Origin: Paraspadella gotoi
Taxonomy: Eukaryota; Animalia; Chaetognatha
Length of the DNA: 64,000 nt
NCBI GenBank assembly: GCA_051294375.1
Contig: CM119268.1
Coordinates: forward strand, 9,126,718-9,190,717
Reading direction: 5' to 3'
Part shown: one piece after another, positions 62,276-64,000 of the stretch
Layout: every line of letters begins with the position of its first letter
How positions within the stretch are numbered: the first letter of the stretch is position 1
Notes under the pieces: model-generated
What the model saw: only the letters and a program-made list of their open reading frames with translations
Databases searched by the model: none
What the model was told of the DNA's origin: nothing
Translations under genes and position numbers: made by a program

Positions 62276-63580
62276 CGATAGGGAATCTTTTAACTCATTT
62301 AAGGAAACGCCGCGACTCGAGATATATGGTAAATTTAGATATATCCCGTCAAGAGTGTGAGAGACGAAGGAGGCGGAAGGCGAATGGGAGGCGGCGGAGA
62401 GTGGAGGAGAGTCGGATTAAAATGTTTGAGTGAACTGTTGTCGGATGACCCTCTTTTCCGGCGGTCCCAAAATTTTTAAGCGTAGGGCAAATTTTAGCGC
62501 GCGTTTCTCAAAGTTTTAGATTTCGAGATGATTTTTTTTAATCTTCGATTCGCGAATATTTTTTTTTTTTTATCCGTTCGTGCCGGGTTCGTCGGTCTCG
62601 AAGGCGGGACATCGCTCCTTAGTAGAAAAGAATCTTACAGAACTAGTTGTGACTCGTAAGTTCGTTTGGTGTGAAATTCCGTCGTAGAAAAATCCTCATT
62701 CAAAGAAAATGTGAGAGGAACCGAAAATAAAATTTTTGGAATATGTGATCACGTGAATCCTGGAGGATGGTGAGGGATACACTGGAGGTGAGGTGTGAGG
62801 TGAGGAAGACACGGGAGCGCACCGAGCGGCGAATGTTTGTCGTCCTCCGTCGGGACCGACGACTTTAATGGGCACCGCCTGATAATCATTTCGCGAGAAA
62901 CGGTGTTTTCATGTTAAGGCAAGGAACGACGACCGACGACGACGAATGATGAAGACGACGACGACGATGAGGTAGATGACTTCGATGAAGAAGACGACGA
63001 CGATGGAGANNNNNNNNNNNNNNNNNNNNNNNNNNNNNNNNNNNNNNNNNNNNAGGCGGGGTGAACCTAGGCAATGCCCGACTACAAATATTTTTTAAAT
63101 CACTAACGTGAACACTTCGAGCAATAATAAGCCCGTAAACAATTCGCTCATCCTGTAAAAGCTCTTTTAATTTCTCAAAAAAGTCCAACGTCTCTTTAAA
63201 TTAAAATCGATCAAATTCTCACCCCCTTTTAGTTTTCTCTTCTCTACCGTCAACAGAAAATGACTCCTTTCAATTGTAACACCTAGTGGCTGAAGCAACC
63301 AAAAAAAAANNNNNNNNNNNNNNNNNNNNNNNNNNNNNNNNNNNNNNNNNNNNNNNNNNNNNNNNNNNNNNNNNNNNNNNNNNNNNNNNNNNNNNNNNNN
63401 NNNNNNNNNNNNNNNNNNNNNNNNNNNNNNNNNNNNNNNNNNNNNNNNNNNNNNNNNNNNNNNNNNNNNNNNNNNNNNNNNNNNNNNNNNNNNNNNNNNN
63501 NNNNNNNNNNNNNNNNNNNNNNNNNNNNNNNNNNNNNNNNNNNNNNNNNNNNNNNNNNNNNNNNNNNNNNNNNNNNNNNN

Positions 63581-63612
<32 letters not shown>

Positions 63613-63632
63613 TTTGTCCTCAGATAAGGTCT

Positions 63633-63665
<33 letters not shown>

Positions 63666-64000
63666 NNNNNNNNNNNNNNNNNNNNNNNNNGACGAAGATC
63701 CTTGATCTGAAGGACGAAGACGAACGGCGTACGAAAAGACGACTGACGGAAGATCCGTTATCTGAGGACAAAATGACGACGGAACGACGACGACGTCGAC
63801 GGACGAGCGACGACTGACGACGACTGAAGACTCTTATCTAGACGGAAGACGGGACGACTGACGACGGAGCGAACGGAGCAAGACCTTATTGAGGGACAAA
63901 GACGTACGACGACGACGACGAAGACGACGACGTTGAAGACATCCAATCAATGGGAAGGCGGGCGGACGACGTGCAAGAGCAAACCTGGCGCCCGGCGACA

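Overview
Eukaryotic (invertebrate-like) genomic scaffold: AT-rich, with many microsatellites ((AG)n, (GAC)n, (ATT)n) and N gaps; the organism cannot be identified from the window alone. Most ORFs in the supplied track are microsatellite or gap noise. Tracing GT-AG splice phases by hand gives these genes, all on the minus strand: (1) a multi-exon gene of unknown function at 0.2-5.5 kb, probably extending to about 9.8 kb; (2) a tandem pair of single-exon EamA/DMT-superfamily transporter genes (34759-35709, 38127-39053); (3) a 4-exon gene for a 204-aa secreted helical protein with an internal furin site (41580-43028); (4) an 8-exon gene for a secreted protein of about 439 aa with two non-canonical F-type lectin (discoidin-fold) domains and a TSP1 repeat, whose signal peptide core is encoded by a (GTC)11 microsatellite (46636-57003). 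A weakly supported plus-strand gene lies at 30.1-32.7 kb. Large noisy duplications meet at 25-N gaps (13.3-15.5 kb, 16.6-35.8 kb, 51.8-56.3 kb) and look like long-read gap-filling artefacts, so the two frameshifted transporter copies are probably not real pseudogenes. Also present are tRNA-derived SINEs, DINE-1/HINE-like elements and a 64-bp satellite with 3-mer higher-order structure.
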